From positions 1 to 51,538 of IMG/VR virus record IMGVR_UViG_3300014613_000006: a DNA stretch of 51,538 bases; one strand, written 5' to 3'. Under the pieces are notes generated by a model. That model was given only the letters and a program-made list of their open reading frames with translations. It searched no databases and was not told the origin of the DNA. Origin of the DNA: a virus (taxonomy: Duplodnaviria; Caudoviricetes). The translations under genes were made by a program, and so were the position numbers. Below are positions 9,674 to 17,739 of the stretch, in pieces. Each line of letters opens with the position of its first letter. The first letter of the stretch is position 1.

Positions 9674-10029
9674 GTCACCGTCTCCAGCAGGTTGCTCGCG
9701 GGTTTACCGCGCGACCCGCGGGGTTGTGGATCGGGTTTGGACTGCTGCCCGGCGGCCGCCTCGCGCTCAGTGACGGAATCGAGTGACCGCTGGTGTGCGC
9801 GCTCTTGCAGGTGCCCCTGGGCTATCCATTTCGGATCGCACAGGAGCTTCTCGGAGAACTGGGCGATGATGGTCATGGCATCGTGGCGCTGGCGGTCCTG
9901 CGATCGCGTGGCCGTCGCCGTTGTTTCCGTGGCCCGCTCCACGAGCCGCGCGAGCAGCCGGCAAAGGGGGAACGCGATCACCACCTGGGCGGCCAGAAAC
10001 GCTATTACCAGAATCCCGATCTCGCTCAT
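9670..10029 (-). CDS. Small membrane-anchored protein
   Basis: N-terminal hydrophobic helix; its stop overlaps the portal start. Confidence 0.65.
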   Translation of the reverse strand: MSEIGILVIAFLAAQVVIAFPLCRLLARLVERATETTATATRSQDRQRHDAMTIIAQFSEKLLCDPKWIAQGHLQERAHQRSLDSVTEREAAAGQQSKPDPQPRGSRGKPASNLLETVT

Positions 10030-10032
10030 GGT

Positions 10033-12111
10033 TTACACTCTGCACAAGGCGTAAGGGTCCATGCGGCGCCGACGCCGCGGGGTTTCCGCCGGGCTCATCG
10101 CTTCCGCGGCCCGTTCGCGCATTTGCTCGGTCCAGGCTTCTTCGGGCACCAAGTGCGGCACTGCTTGCCAATCGACGCCTGCCTTCCGCCATCGCTCGAA
10201 GACTTCCTCGTTCTCGTGTACCGGCTCGGGTGGCGATCCGTGCATGGTCGCCAGGCCCTCGATGGCCATCTGGAGAGCGTCCGCCGCGTCGTCAGGGCGA
10301 GGCGGCCCTTCGTCGGTGTAGCGGTCGAGCTCGCGCAACAGCTCGACGAAGGACCGCTCGTTGGGGTGTGGTGCCGGATAGTGAGTCAGGCCATCCGGCG
10401 TGGACACGGACTGAAAGCGGGGGAAGAAGATCAGGTGTCGGCGATACAGCGGGCGCAGTGTGGCCAGGACGCGCAGGTGCTTGCCCATCGTCTGACAGCG
10501 TAGTGGCACGAGCGAGGGGGGCACCTCACCGCGCTCCTCCATGTCCAGCCGTAACTGCTCGGCCATGCGGTACACGACCTTCTGCATGGCGTTGGTGTCG
10601 AATGCCTGGCGGACGGCACCCCACTCGATACACATCGACATCGCCGTCTCCGGCCAGTCGTCGGCGATCTGCCGCTTGGCGACGCAGTCAAGCACGTACT
10701 TCTGTCGCTCCTGGTTCACGCCGACCATCGCGTTGGCGCCCAAACAGGCCCGCTTGCTCAACGAGTCGGCCAGGTCACATCCACCGCCGATGACCAGGCT
10801 GGCCAGGAAGTGGTCCCAGGGGACGATTGTGCCGGTCAGCAGATTCAGCATGTACTCGGCGGGCAGGCCGGGCTTGAACTCCGGCGACCGCGGATCGTTG
10901 AGGCAGTGCATGTACCCGTGCTTGTACGAATCCCGAATCAGGGCGAACTGCCCCTCACCGATAGGCTTGCCGTCGTACTCGGCGGCCACGTGGGCGGCAC
11001 CCATGGTCTTGGTCTTTACGTCGTAGCCCTCGACGGAGACGTGGTCGCGCATGATCGAAAAGCGCTCGCCGCTCTTGCTGTCCTTCTGGATCATCCCGAA
11101 GTGGACCTTGTTCCAGTCCTCGAACTCCTCATCCAGATCCTCAGAGTCCAGAGTGGGGTCGATGATGCTCTGCAAGGCCCGAAACGCGAACGAGCCGGCC
11201 AGGGCGTTGGCGATCGTGACCAGCTTGCTGCCCGGATAGAACATGCCGAGCAGCTCGCCGAGGATCAGGTCGGTGAGCTCCTTGTTGTTCTTGGGGTTCA
11301 GCAGGGTCTTCTTGTCCTCGGGGTCGTCGATCACGCCGAAGATCGGGTGGCGGCCACGGTGGGGCTTCTGCCGGGAGTAACCGCGGAGGCTACAGAACGG
11401 GTGGCGCAGGAAGTCGAGCTGGCTGTCCTTCCACTTGCCGCCGCTGCGAGCCTTCTGGCTGTAGAGCTCGCCAGCCCCGCCGAAGTCGGCCTGGATCAGC
11501 TTGTTGTGCTCGATCGTCTGGCGGACCACGGCCAGTTCCTCGACCGTTCGCTCCTGGTTGATCTCCATCACCAGCATGATGGTGTACGGTCGCACGATCG
11601 GGATCATCGACCCGGCCTCATGGACCAGGGTGACGGTCTTGGTCGTGCCGCGTGGTGCGTGGATAGCCGTCTTGGCCGGCTCTGTCGGCTCCTTTGCCGG
11701 GCTCATGGCCGCCCGGAGAATGTCGTACTTGACATGCGAATCGCGGAAGTGATACCGGCCACCCGTGTACTCGTCCGGTTTGAGGTAGAACTCGACCCAC
11801 AGCCAGTGCGCCGCGATGTAATTGTCCACGTCAGAGCACAGTTCGTTGGGCTTGGCGCGGTCGTACCAGGACTCCAGAACGGCGATGCGGGCATCCCGCT
11901 GCTGCTCGGGCGTCCCCTCGTCGTACTCGCCGGGCAGGTGAGCCGCGGCCAGGGTCGCCGACCGCACGGCCTTCTCGAACTTCTTGGCGCTCAGGTCGAA
12001 AACGCTGGCATCGAGGTAGTGTCGCAGATGCGGGTTGGGCAGCCGCTCAATCATCGCCCGATCGAGCGGACGCTTCCTCGGTGACGATTTGTGCCTGATC
12101 TCCACACTCAC
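10033..12111 (-). CDS. terL: Terminase large subunit
   Basis: Walker A APRGTTKT, RGRHP..VIDDPED Walker B, nuclease GCDLA and C-terminal DDAADAL motifs. Confidence 0.9.
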   Translation of the reverse strand: MSVEIRHKSSPRKRPLDRAMIERLPNPHLRHYLDASVFDLSAKKFEKAVRSATLAAAHLPGEYDEGTPEQQRDARIAVLESWYDRAKPNELCSDVDNYIAAHWLWVEFYLKPDEYTGGRYHFRDSHVKYDILRAAMSPAKEPTEPAKTAIHAPRGTTKTVTLVHEAGSMIPIVRPYTIMLVMEINQERTVEELAVVRQTIEHNKLIQADFGGAGELYSQKARSGGKWKDSQLDFLRHPFCSLRGYSRQKPHRGRHPIFGVIDDPEDKKTLLNPKNNKELTDLILGELLGMFYPGSKLVTIANALAGSFAFRALQSIIDPTLDSEDLDEEFEDWNKVHFGMIQKDSKSGERFSIMRDHVSVEGYDVKTKTMGAAHVAAEYDGKPIGEGQFALIRDSYKHGYMHCLNDPRSPEFKPGLPAEYMLNLLTGTIVPWDHFLASLVIGGGCDLADSLSKRACLGANAMVGVNQERQKYVLDCVAKRQIADDWPETAMSMCIEWGAVRQAFDTNAMQKVVYRMAEQLRLDMEERGEVPPSLVPLRCQTMGKHLRVLATLRPLYRRHLIFFPRFQSVSTPDGLTHYPAPHPNERSFVELLRELDRYTDEGPPRPDDAADALQMAIEGLATMHGSPPEPVHENEEVFERWRKAGVDWQAVPHLVPEEAWTEQMRERAAEAMSPAETPRRRRRMDPYALCRV

Positions 12112-12126
12112 CGCTTCTTCTTCGCG

Positions 12127-12321
12127 TCAGCCTTCTTGGGCACGCCCGTCTTCGCTCCCGCCATCGTCGCCACCATCAGTTTGTGCTGCTTGCTGCTCTT
12201 GGAGGGCATGATCAGACTCCAGTTCGGCGATCAGCTCGGTCAGGCGGATGGGAAAGAACCGATACGGCGGCACCGGACCAGGGCAACCGGCCGAAAGCTC
12301 CAACATCTCAGCCCTGGTCAC
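12127..12321 (-). CDS. Hypothetical protein
   Basis: 64 aa filling the gap upstream of terL. Confidence 0.45.
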   Translation of the reverse strand: MTRAEMLELSAGCPGPVPPYRFFPIRLTELIAELESDHALQEQQAAQTDGGDDGGSEDGRAQEG

Positions 12322-13141
12322 GATTCGACTTCTCCACCAGATCAGTGGCCACGACCTCTAACCCGGCGCCGGCAGAAGTGTCGCCCGCCGCCTCCGCCGG
12401 TTCCCCGGCCGAAGCTGGTTCGACGGTCCAGGCTGGTACAGCCTGGGCCTCCGAAACACCCTTGGCTGACACTCCGACGCCAGACCCTGCCGGATCCACT
12501 CCCCGTTCTTCCGCCTCACCAGGATCATCTCCAGGCAGTTCCGACACCTCGCCGTCCACCCGTGCCGGCTCCGACGCCTTAGCGTCCCCAGCTTGTGCCC
12601 CAGGGCCTCGCACTGCTCCGTCACCGTCGGCTTGATCACGCTGATCCGCACAGGAATCCTCCTGTTTCGGGCCAACCGGCCCCAGCAACCGCTCCCGCAC
12701 CGCCCGCGGGGCCGGCAACGCCAGCGTCTCCAACACGTCCATGGCCACCAAAGGCAGCTTGATCCGCACGAACCGCGGATCCAGACCACCACGCCGACCA
12801 TGCTTGGTAACCCCATCCGACAACAACGACACCCGCAAGACCGGGTAAACCGCCTTCACACCCTCCCGAAGCTCCTCAGCCAACCCCCGCGGGATAATCG
12901 CACGCGAAATGCCGAACATGAACTCGATCCCACGCAACGCCGAATCCACCAACGCCGGCAACGTCAGGTCCGTAACGTACCAACCCTCGTCACCACGAGA
13001 AGCCGCCAACGACCGCAACTCCTCAATCGTCCCCTGCTGGGTCTCAACCACCTCCTCCAAACCCCGAACCCGAGCCTCCATCCCAACCCCCCACTCACGA
13101 CTGAAACGCGGAGGAGCCTTCTGAGACATCTTCGCCATCAA
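12308..13141 (-). CDS. First gene of the late operon, hypothetical
   Basis: GGAG RBS, short coiled coil near the N-terminus. The low-complexity 3' half overlaps another likely gene, so the true end is uncertain. Confidence 0.5.
   Translation of the reverse strand: MMAKMSQKAPPRFSREWGVGMEARVRGLEEVVETQQGTIEELRSLAASRGDEGWYVTDLTLPALVDSALRGIEFMFGISRAIIPRGLAEELREGVKAVYPVLRVSLLSDGVTKHGRRGGLDPRFVRIKLPLVAMDVLETLALPAPRAVRERLLGPVGPKQEDSCADQRDQADGDGAVRGPGAQAGDAKASEPARVDGEVSELPGDDPGEAEERGVDPAGSGVGVSAKGVSEAQAVPAWTVEPASAGEPAEAAGDTSAGAGLEVVATDLVEKSNRDQG
12358..12651 (-). CDS. Small Cys/His (zinc-binding-like) basic protein nested in the 12308..13141 ORF
   Basis: AGGAGG 6 nt upstream of GTG 12651; product MRISVIKPTVTEQCEALGHKL...ARCRNCLEM...SEC (97 aa). 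Confidence 0.55.
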   Translation of the reverse strand: MRISVIKPTVTEQCEALGHKLGTLRRRSRHGWTARCRNCLEMILVRRKNGEWIRQGLASECQPRVFRRPRLYQPGPSNQLRPGNRRRRRATLLPAPG

Positions 13142-13256
13142 AAATCACTCCAAATAAGCGAGCCGAGAGCACCATGAAGTGGTCAAACCCGAAATCGTCT
13201 GCCCGTGGTGGGTGATGGCAACACCTCAAGACGCCATGATGCCCCGACTCAACACA

Positions 13257-13285
13257 AGTGTACCCCACATGATGACCAAAAGCAA
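13257..13285 (-). promoter_or_regulatory. Putative promoter of the packaging/morphogenesis operon
   Basis: TTGCTT-17 bp-TACACT on the minus strand, about 115 bp upstream of the first late gene. Confidence 0.6.
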
Positions 13286-13323
13286 CATCGCACGAAAATG
13301 ATGCCTAAACACACCACACGACG

Positions 13324-13339
13324 TGTTCCACGTGAAACA
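13324..13339. promoter_or_regulatory. parS: parS-type palindrome TGTTCCACGTGAAACA
   Basis: Exact match to the bacterial chromosomal parS consensus TGTTNCACGTGAAACA. Confidence 0.8.
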
Positions 13340-13416
13340 TGAGAGCTGAGTTGGCCCCAGTTGAGAACCAGAGGTGACGAAGAAAAGGGTGTGCGAGGGT
13401 GAACCAAGGTGAAACG

Positions 13417-13487
13417 GAGAGAACAGAGAGAACAGAGAGAACAGAGCAGCAGCCTTTATACCACACGTTTATACCCGAGGTTTATAC
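13417..13487. repeat. Tandem GAGAGAACA x3 followed by TTTATAC x3 at 13-bp period
   Basis: 9-mers at 13417, 13426, 13435; TTTATAC at 13455, 13468, 13481. Confidence 0.8.
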
Positions 13488-14174
13488 GCGGCAAAGCGAA
13501 ACCACGCCCACAGAGCAGAAACGGCGGTTTTGGCAGAAATCTGGCCGGCAATATATCGGGGGGGAGGAGGATTCCTTTAACGTGGGGGCACGCGCGGGGG
13601 GGAACCCCCCCCTCGGAATCCCGACATTATGCTCGATCCGCGCCACGAGCCAGGAATCAGCCCGGCCAGCACGCCAGCTCGCCCGTTTGACCGCTGTTGA
13701 AGCCCCGTTACGGCCTTGTTCGGCCGATCCTGGCCTGATCGCCGCCGGAACACGAGCTTCGGCAGGGCAAGCCAGGTCGAACCATGCCGAGGGGGCATCG
13801 GATTGTCAATCCGATGGTCTAAAGTCAGAAGTGCAGACAGGCCAGACGCTTACAGACAGGCCGACAGCGGGCGGATTGGAAGCGCGACAGTTCCGCAACA
13901 GCTGGCGCGCAACGTTGCGCCAACCGGGGAGCCAGCCAACAGGCCCGAAACAGCGCCGGAACAACGGCAGAACAGCCCTCAACCTATTGCAGCAACACTG
14001 GCAAACATGGAGCTGGCCAACAACGAAGTCCCACTCTCCTTGCGCTTATAGAGTCTTACTATCATGCCTGTATGCACCGGAACGCCCCTCTTTGACTTAT
14101 GAATACCCCCCTATACTACGTATAGGCCCCCAAAAAAGCTCGTTAGATTTTTTCGATTTCGGTGAGCCGAAAAC

Positions 14175-14203
14175 TTGACATGACCCCGATTGTGGTGTAT
14201 ATA
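14175..14203 (+). promoter_or_regulatory. Promoter of the rightward early/accessory operon
   Basis: TTGACA-17 bp-TATATA with AT-rich upstream sequence. Confidence 0.6.
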
Positions 14204-14303
14204 GATATTGAGCCCGCGATGAGCTGGTCATCCGGGCTCGTGGCCGGACGATGAGTTAGATCGTCTGACTGCCACATCCTACCAGCCCGGAAGGGTTTCC
14301 ACA

Positions 14304-14687
14304 ATGCAAGCCTATTCAGATCCTACAAGGGCGGACGAACCGCACACCTTGCCAATCGCGAACACCCCCAAACACTGCGTCATTCGACGCGCCGACTACC
14401 GTTACAAGTCCACCAGCCCGGTTTTGGACGGCTGGACGAACAACCCGTGGATGGCCCGAGTCTACTTCGACGACTACGACGACGCCAGCCCGCTCTTGAG
14501 CCGCTGCGTCCGAATCAATCTATCCCGCCGTGGCCTGGCCGAGCCGTTCGCTGAGCGCGCCCGGGCCATTGCCACCGATGCCGGCTGTGACGGTCAACCG
14601 ATCGAATGGTACGTCAAGCTGGCGAAAACCCACCGCAACAACATGCGCGCGATGCTCCAGGACATCGCGAACGGGGCCACGATATGA
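14304..14687 (+). CDS. Hypothetical protein with a clamp-loader-like AAA+ C-terminal fragment
   Basis: ASPLLSRC...ERARAIATDAG...NNMRAMLQDI resembles the SRC motif and lid helices of RFC/DnaX/RarA-type ATPases; no Walker motifs. Confidence 0.55.
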   Translation: MQAYSDPTRADEPHTLPIANTPKHCVIRRADYRYKSTSPVLDGWTNNPWMARVYFDDYDDASPLLSRCVRINLSRRGLAEPFAERARAIATDAGCDGQPIEWYVKLAKTHRNNMRAMLQDIANGATI

Positions 14688-14917
14688 CCATAACCGAAAA
14701 ACGCTATCGCTGTCGTCGATGCGGGCACATAAGTCGGCAAAAAACGAACCATTACGGGCCAACGTGGTCCTATGGACACTACAACACCTGTCCGAAATGT
14801 CCACCGTGGGCAAAGTACACGGAGTTCGGCGGACAAACGATATGGGATTGTGTAGACGAGCAGGGGGCAACTGAACCGGCTGGGCCGATGCCGGCTAACC
14901 GAAAGGCTGAACGATGA
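14684..14917 (+). CDS. Small zinc-ribbon protein
   Basis: ATGA-coupled start; CRRCG...CPKC. Confidence 0.7.
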   Translation: MTITEKRYRCRRCGHISRQKTNHYGPTWSYGHYNTCPKCPPWAKYTEFGGQTIWDCVDEQGATEPAGPMPANRKAER

Positions 14918-15090
14918 AGAAGATCACGATCACGATTGAGACAGGGAGCGCGGCATTCGGCCCAGACCCCGAAGTTGAAGTGGCGCGCATCCTAGCGGTG
15001 CTGGCTGAGCGTTTCCGGCGCTACGAGCACCCCGAGATTGTCATGGACTACAACGGCAACACCGTCGGCAAGGTCGAAATCGAGGATTGA
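14914..15090 (+). CDS. Small phage protein (58 aa, below the ORF-track cutoff)
   Basis: ATGA-coupled; MKKITITIETGSAAFGPDPEVEVARIL...DYNGNTVGKVEIED. Confidence 0.7.
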   Translation: MKKITITIETGSAAFGPDPEVEVARILAVLAERFRRYEHPEIVMDYNGNTVGKVEIED

Positions 15091-15125
15091 CCCCTTAGCC
15101 CGGTGCCAGGGCGAAAAAGTCGGCG

Positions 15126-15202
15126 CTGACAAATGAATAGTGCCCCCGCGCCAGGCGAGTGGCGCAGGGGCGGTGCCAGCCAAGGCGTACTTGGCCAGCA
15201 CT
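15126..15202 (+). ncRNA. boxA-like motif followed by a two-hairpin structured element
   Basis: CTGACAAATGAATAG, then an AGTGC/GCACT stem enclosing two GC-rich hairpins; intergenic. Confidence 0.4.
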
Positions 15203-15234
15203 TATGAACATACTCGCCCGACGAGAATCGGGCA

Positions 15235-15519
15235 ATGAAAACGGACCTACCATCATGGGAAGTATACGGGAACTACAAGAGCGGGAACTACGGGGCACAT
15301 GCTCTAGTTTTTACAATAGGGCACCTGCGTGTCTGGTTCAGCTACCAGACGCCTGTAGCCTTTGCCGTTGGCAACGCGGACCCCATTGTACGCCGCAACG
15401 GCTGGGGACCGACGACCGGCAAACACCTAAACGCCATCGACGGGGGCAACAAGAAAACGCGGCTGCCCGGCGACGCATTCGAGGCCCAATTGCGGGGCGT
15501 TTTAGCTGAGACCACCTAA
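15235..15519 (+). CDS. Hypothetical phage early protein
   Basis: 94 aa; FSYQTPVA...TTGKHLN pattern seen in small phage proteins. Confidence 0.7.
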   Translation: MKTDLPSWEVYGNYKSGNYGAHALVFTIGHLRVWFSYQTPVAFAVGNADPIVRRNGWGPTTGKHLNAIDGGNKKTRLPGDAFEAQLRGVLAETT

Positions 15520-15553
15520 CCCCCAGCGCCCGACGGGCAGGAGGAAATCAATC

Positions 15554-15967
15554 ATGGGAGATCGTGCATTAGTTGTATTCACAGATCGGAACGAGACCAA
15601 CTACAGCCCGGTGGTGTATCTGCACTGGGGCGGCAGCGATGTGTTGTCACTACTGGAAGCAGCGTCGCCGCGAATGCGCACGGGCGACGTTTGCTACAGT
15701 GCGGCGCGATTCATCGGCGTTTGCCACGAACAGATGAACGGGCACCGCGGGCTGGGGATTTTCAACTCCCCGACCGGCGACGACGCCAGGGAGGTTATCC
15801 GTAGCGATGATTTTTCCCACGGTGACGCGGGCGTATTCCTTGCGAACGTGGACACATGGATAGTGCAGGCATGGCACGGCTACGGTTTTGGCAATGGAGG
15901 TGATCACCCCACGCCTGACCAGCCGCACACCATGCCGCTTGACGCGTCGAAAGTACCAACGACGTGA
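15554..15967 (+). CDS. Hypothetical phage early protein
   Basis: Strong AGGAGG RBS; MGDRA...VYLHWGG N-terminus. Confidence 0.75.
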   Translation: MGDRALVVFTDRNETNYSPVVYLHWGGSDVLSLLEAASPRMRTGDVCYSAARFIGVCHEQMNGHRGLGIFNSPTGDDAREVIRSDDFSHGDAGVFLANVDTWIVQAWHGYGFGNGGDHPTPDQPHTMPLDASKVPTT

Positions 15968-16036
15968 CGACGCCTGAAATCCCAACCCGAACTAATCCGT
16001 CCCAGGATTAGTATTGCCGAGAGGCAGAAGGAGAAA

Positions 16037-16243
16037 ATGATGCCAGTTATTACGCCAGACGATGCAGCGGGAGTGAAGCGATCGTGCCGTAAGTGGCAGA
16101 CGCTATACCCATTGCAGTACATCGCGACATGCAAGCGAGGGTGCCACGGCGCCCCCGGAGACACCTACGACGACGCCTTAAAGTTGCAGGCTGGCTTAGA
16201 GGCAGACTGCCAGCGTGACCGCGAGAGCGACGACGACAGATGA
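16037..16243 (+). CDS. Hypothetical protein
   Basis: AAGGAG RBS within a linker repeat. Confidence 0.6.
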   Translation: MMPVITPDDAAGVKRSCRKWQTLYPLQYIATCKRGCHGAPGDTYDDALKLQAGLEADCQRDRESDDDR

Positions 16244-16304
16244 CACCAGGGCATTCGGCGCTGGTGCCGATTGAACATTTACCCCCCGAAGGCAGAAGGA
16301 GAAA

Positions 16305-16529
16305 ATGATGAACATGGACAACGAAATTGACGCGGCTATCCGCATCCGAGGTGGCTGGGCATTTATGAGCCGTTGGTTCATTCACAGGGATGGGGATGAT
16401 CGCGTAGAGGTTATCACCCCTACGGAGTGGACCGCGCAGGAGGTCTTGTCACACCCACAGGTCAGCGGGCTGGGGCCGCAGGGTTTAACTAGGGATGTGT
16501 CCGTAGTGGTAATCGCAAACCCCAGCTAA
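16305..16529 (+). CDS. Hypothetical protein
   Basis: AAGGAG RBS within a linker repeat; the stop begins the next repeat. Confidence 0.65.
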   Translation: MMNMDNEIDAAIRIRGGWAFMSRWFIHRDGDDRVEVITPTEWTAQEVLSHPQVSGLGPQGLTRDVSVVVIANPS

Positions 16530-16559
16530 CCCCCAGCGCCCGAAGGGCAGGAGGAAATC

Positions 16560-16823
16560 ATGGCCAAAAATGAACAGTACACGGTTCAGCAAATTGATAC
16601 TCGCACACGCATAGACCGCGAATCAGGCAGCCTAGATGTGTACCGCATATTTTTCGTGACCAAGTCTGGTGGCACGCCCCACACTGTTAATGTCAGAGTT
16701 AGCCACAGCGGCACCCCACAGTCGGAGCGATGCGACTGCCAGGGCTATCGGTATCGGCGTACCTGCAAACACATCACCGCCGTCTATGATGCGGGTGTTT
16801 TGGTTGCAGACCCAGAATGGTAA
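16560..16823 (+). CDS. SWIM zinc-finger protein
   Basis: CDCQGYRYRRTCKH = CxC-n-CxH. Confidence 0.8.
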   Translation: MAKNEQYTVQQIDTRTRIDRESGSLDVYRIFFVTKSGGTPHTVNVRVSHSGTPQSERCDCQGYRYRRTCKHITAVYDAGVLVADPEW

Positions 16824-16906
16824 TCATTTACCCCCCGAGGATGCAGCTCCCCGGGGGGCGTTGGCCGGGCCGGTGTGCGACCCAGCCACGAACAGGATAG
16901 CTGCCC

Positions 16907-17242
16907 ATGGAAGCAGACACAATGACTACTGTTGAAACAGGCGAATGGCTCTGCCGTTGTGGGCGTGTGCTGACCGACGAAATCGCTGCCTGCCCCAACT
17001 GCCTGACCAGGCGCGAGCATGGGGAGGATCTGGCCGTTCGCCAAGAGCTGGTGAAGCGCGTCCGAGGCGAGATCGCCGACGGAACGTATGAGACGCCCGG
17101 TAAGGTGGTCGTGACGGTACGGCGCCTTCTGCCGGCGGTCACGGTGGATACTCGGCCTGGCAAGCCCTGCGTCATCTGCGGAACTGAAATCCCCCTGAGT
17201 GACGAAACCGACACGTGTGTCGGTTGTGAGATTGGAGGCTGA
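16907..17242 (+). CDS. FlgM-like anti-sigma28 segment flanked by two zinc ribbons
   Basis: VRQELVKRVRGEIADGTYETPGKVVVTVRRLL resembles the FlgM C-terminal motif; flanked by CRCG..CPNC and CVIC..CVGC. Confidence 0.65.
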   Translation: MEADTMTTVETGEWLCRCGRVLTDEIAACPNCLTRREHGEDLAVRQELVKRVRGEIADGTYETPGKVVVTVRRLLPAVTVDTRPGKPCVICGTEIPLSDETDTCVGCEIGG

Positions 17243-17243
17243 C

Positions 17244-17738
17244 ATGACGATCAGACGATACAAGCCCACCGAGATGTGCGAGGTGTGCGGTAGCAAATGC
17301 TGCAAGGAAATACCCGGCACGTTATATCCTGAGCAGGTTCGCCCCCTGTCGGCTACGACCATTGCGGAAATGCTGCGAACGGGCCAATGGTCCATCGACT
17401 GTTGGGAGGGCGACGTGATCCCAGATGGCGGCCTGGGTCACGTTAAGTATCTACGCCCGGCAACCATGACTGGGCGGAACACCCACTTTGATCGATCATG
17501 GGGCGGGGTGTGCGTGTTCCTCGGTCACAATAGCTGCAAGCTACCATGGGATAATCGCCCACTCGGCTGCCAGATGCTCAAGCCTGGACCAGCCCCTGGC
17601 ATGTGCTGCATCCCAGGTGTTGAAGAACCCAAAAAGCACGGTGCCTTAGCATGGCGACCACATCAAGCCCTGTTAAGAGAAGCCCTGATGATAGCCGAGG
17701 ACTCCGAAATCTGCCCTGCATGCGAACTAGGAGAATAA
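17244..17738 (+). CDS. YkgJ/CxxCxxCC-like cysteine-cluster protein
   Basis: CEVCGSKCC...CVFL....C......RPLGC; GGAGG RBS before ATG 17244. Confidence 0.75.
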   Translation: MTIRRYKPTEMCEVCGSKCCKEIPGTLYPEQVRPLSATTIAEMLRTGQWSIDCWEGDVIPDGGLGHVKYLRPATMTGRNTHFDRSWGGVCVFLGHNSCKLPWDNRPLGCQMLKPGPAPGMCCIPGVEEPKKHGALAWRPHQALLREALMIAEDSEICPACELGE

Positions 17739-17739
17739 C

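Larger units (their letters stand above)
15517..16838 (+). repeat. Family of intergenic linker repeats containing a hairpin plus RBS
   Basis: 34-mer at 15517-15550 and 16527-16560 (1 mismatch); 21-mer at 16022-16042 and 16290-16310; 14-mer at 16276-16289 and 16825-16838. Confidence 0.85.

Noticed and set aside
13399-14178. 259-aa plus-strand ORF
   Set aside because: Runs through simple repeats, lies upstream of the plus-strand promoter and has no recognisable domain; probably spurious, though not excluded.
14209-14273. Hammerhead ribozyme
   Set aside because: GATGAG is present but the CUGAUGA and GAAA core elements are not in the right arrangement.
15517-16560. CRISPR array or integron attC array
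   Set aside because: Only pairs of repeats with gene-sized spacing, no cas genes, no GTTRRRY/RYYYAAC cores, and the integrase is phage-type.
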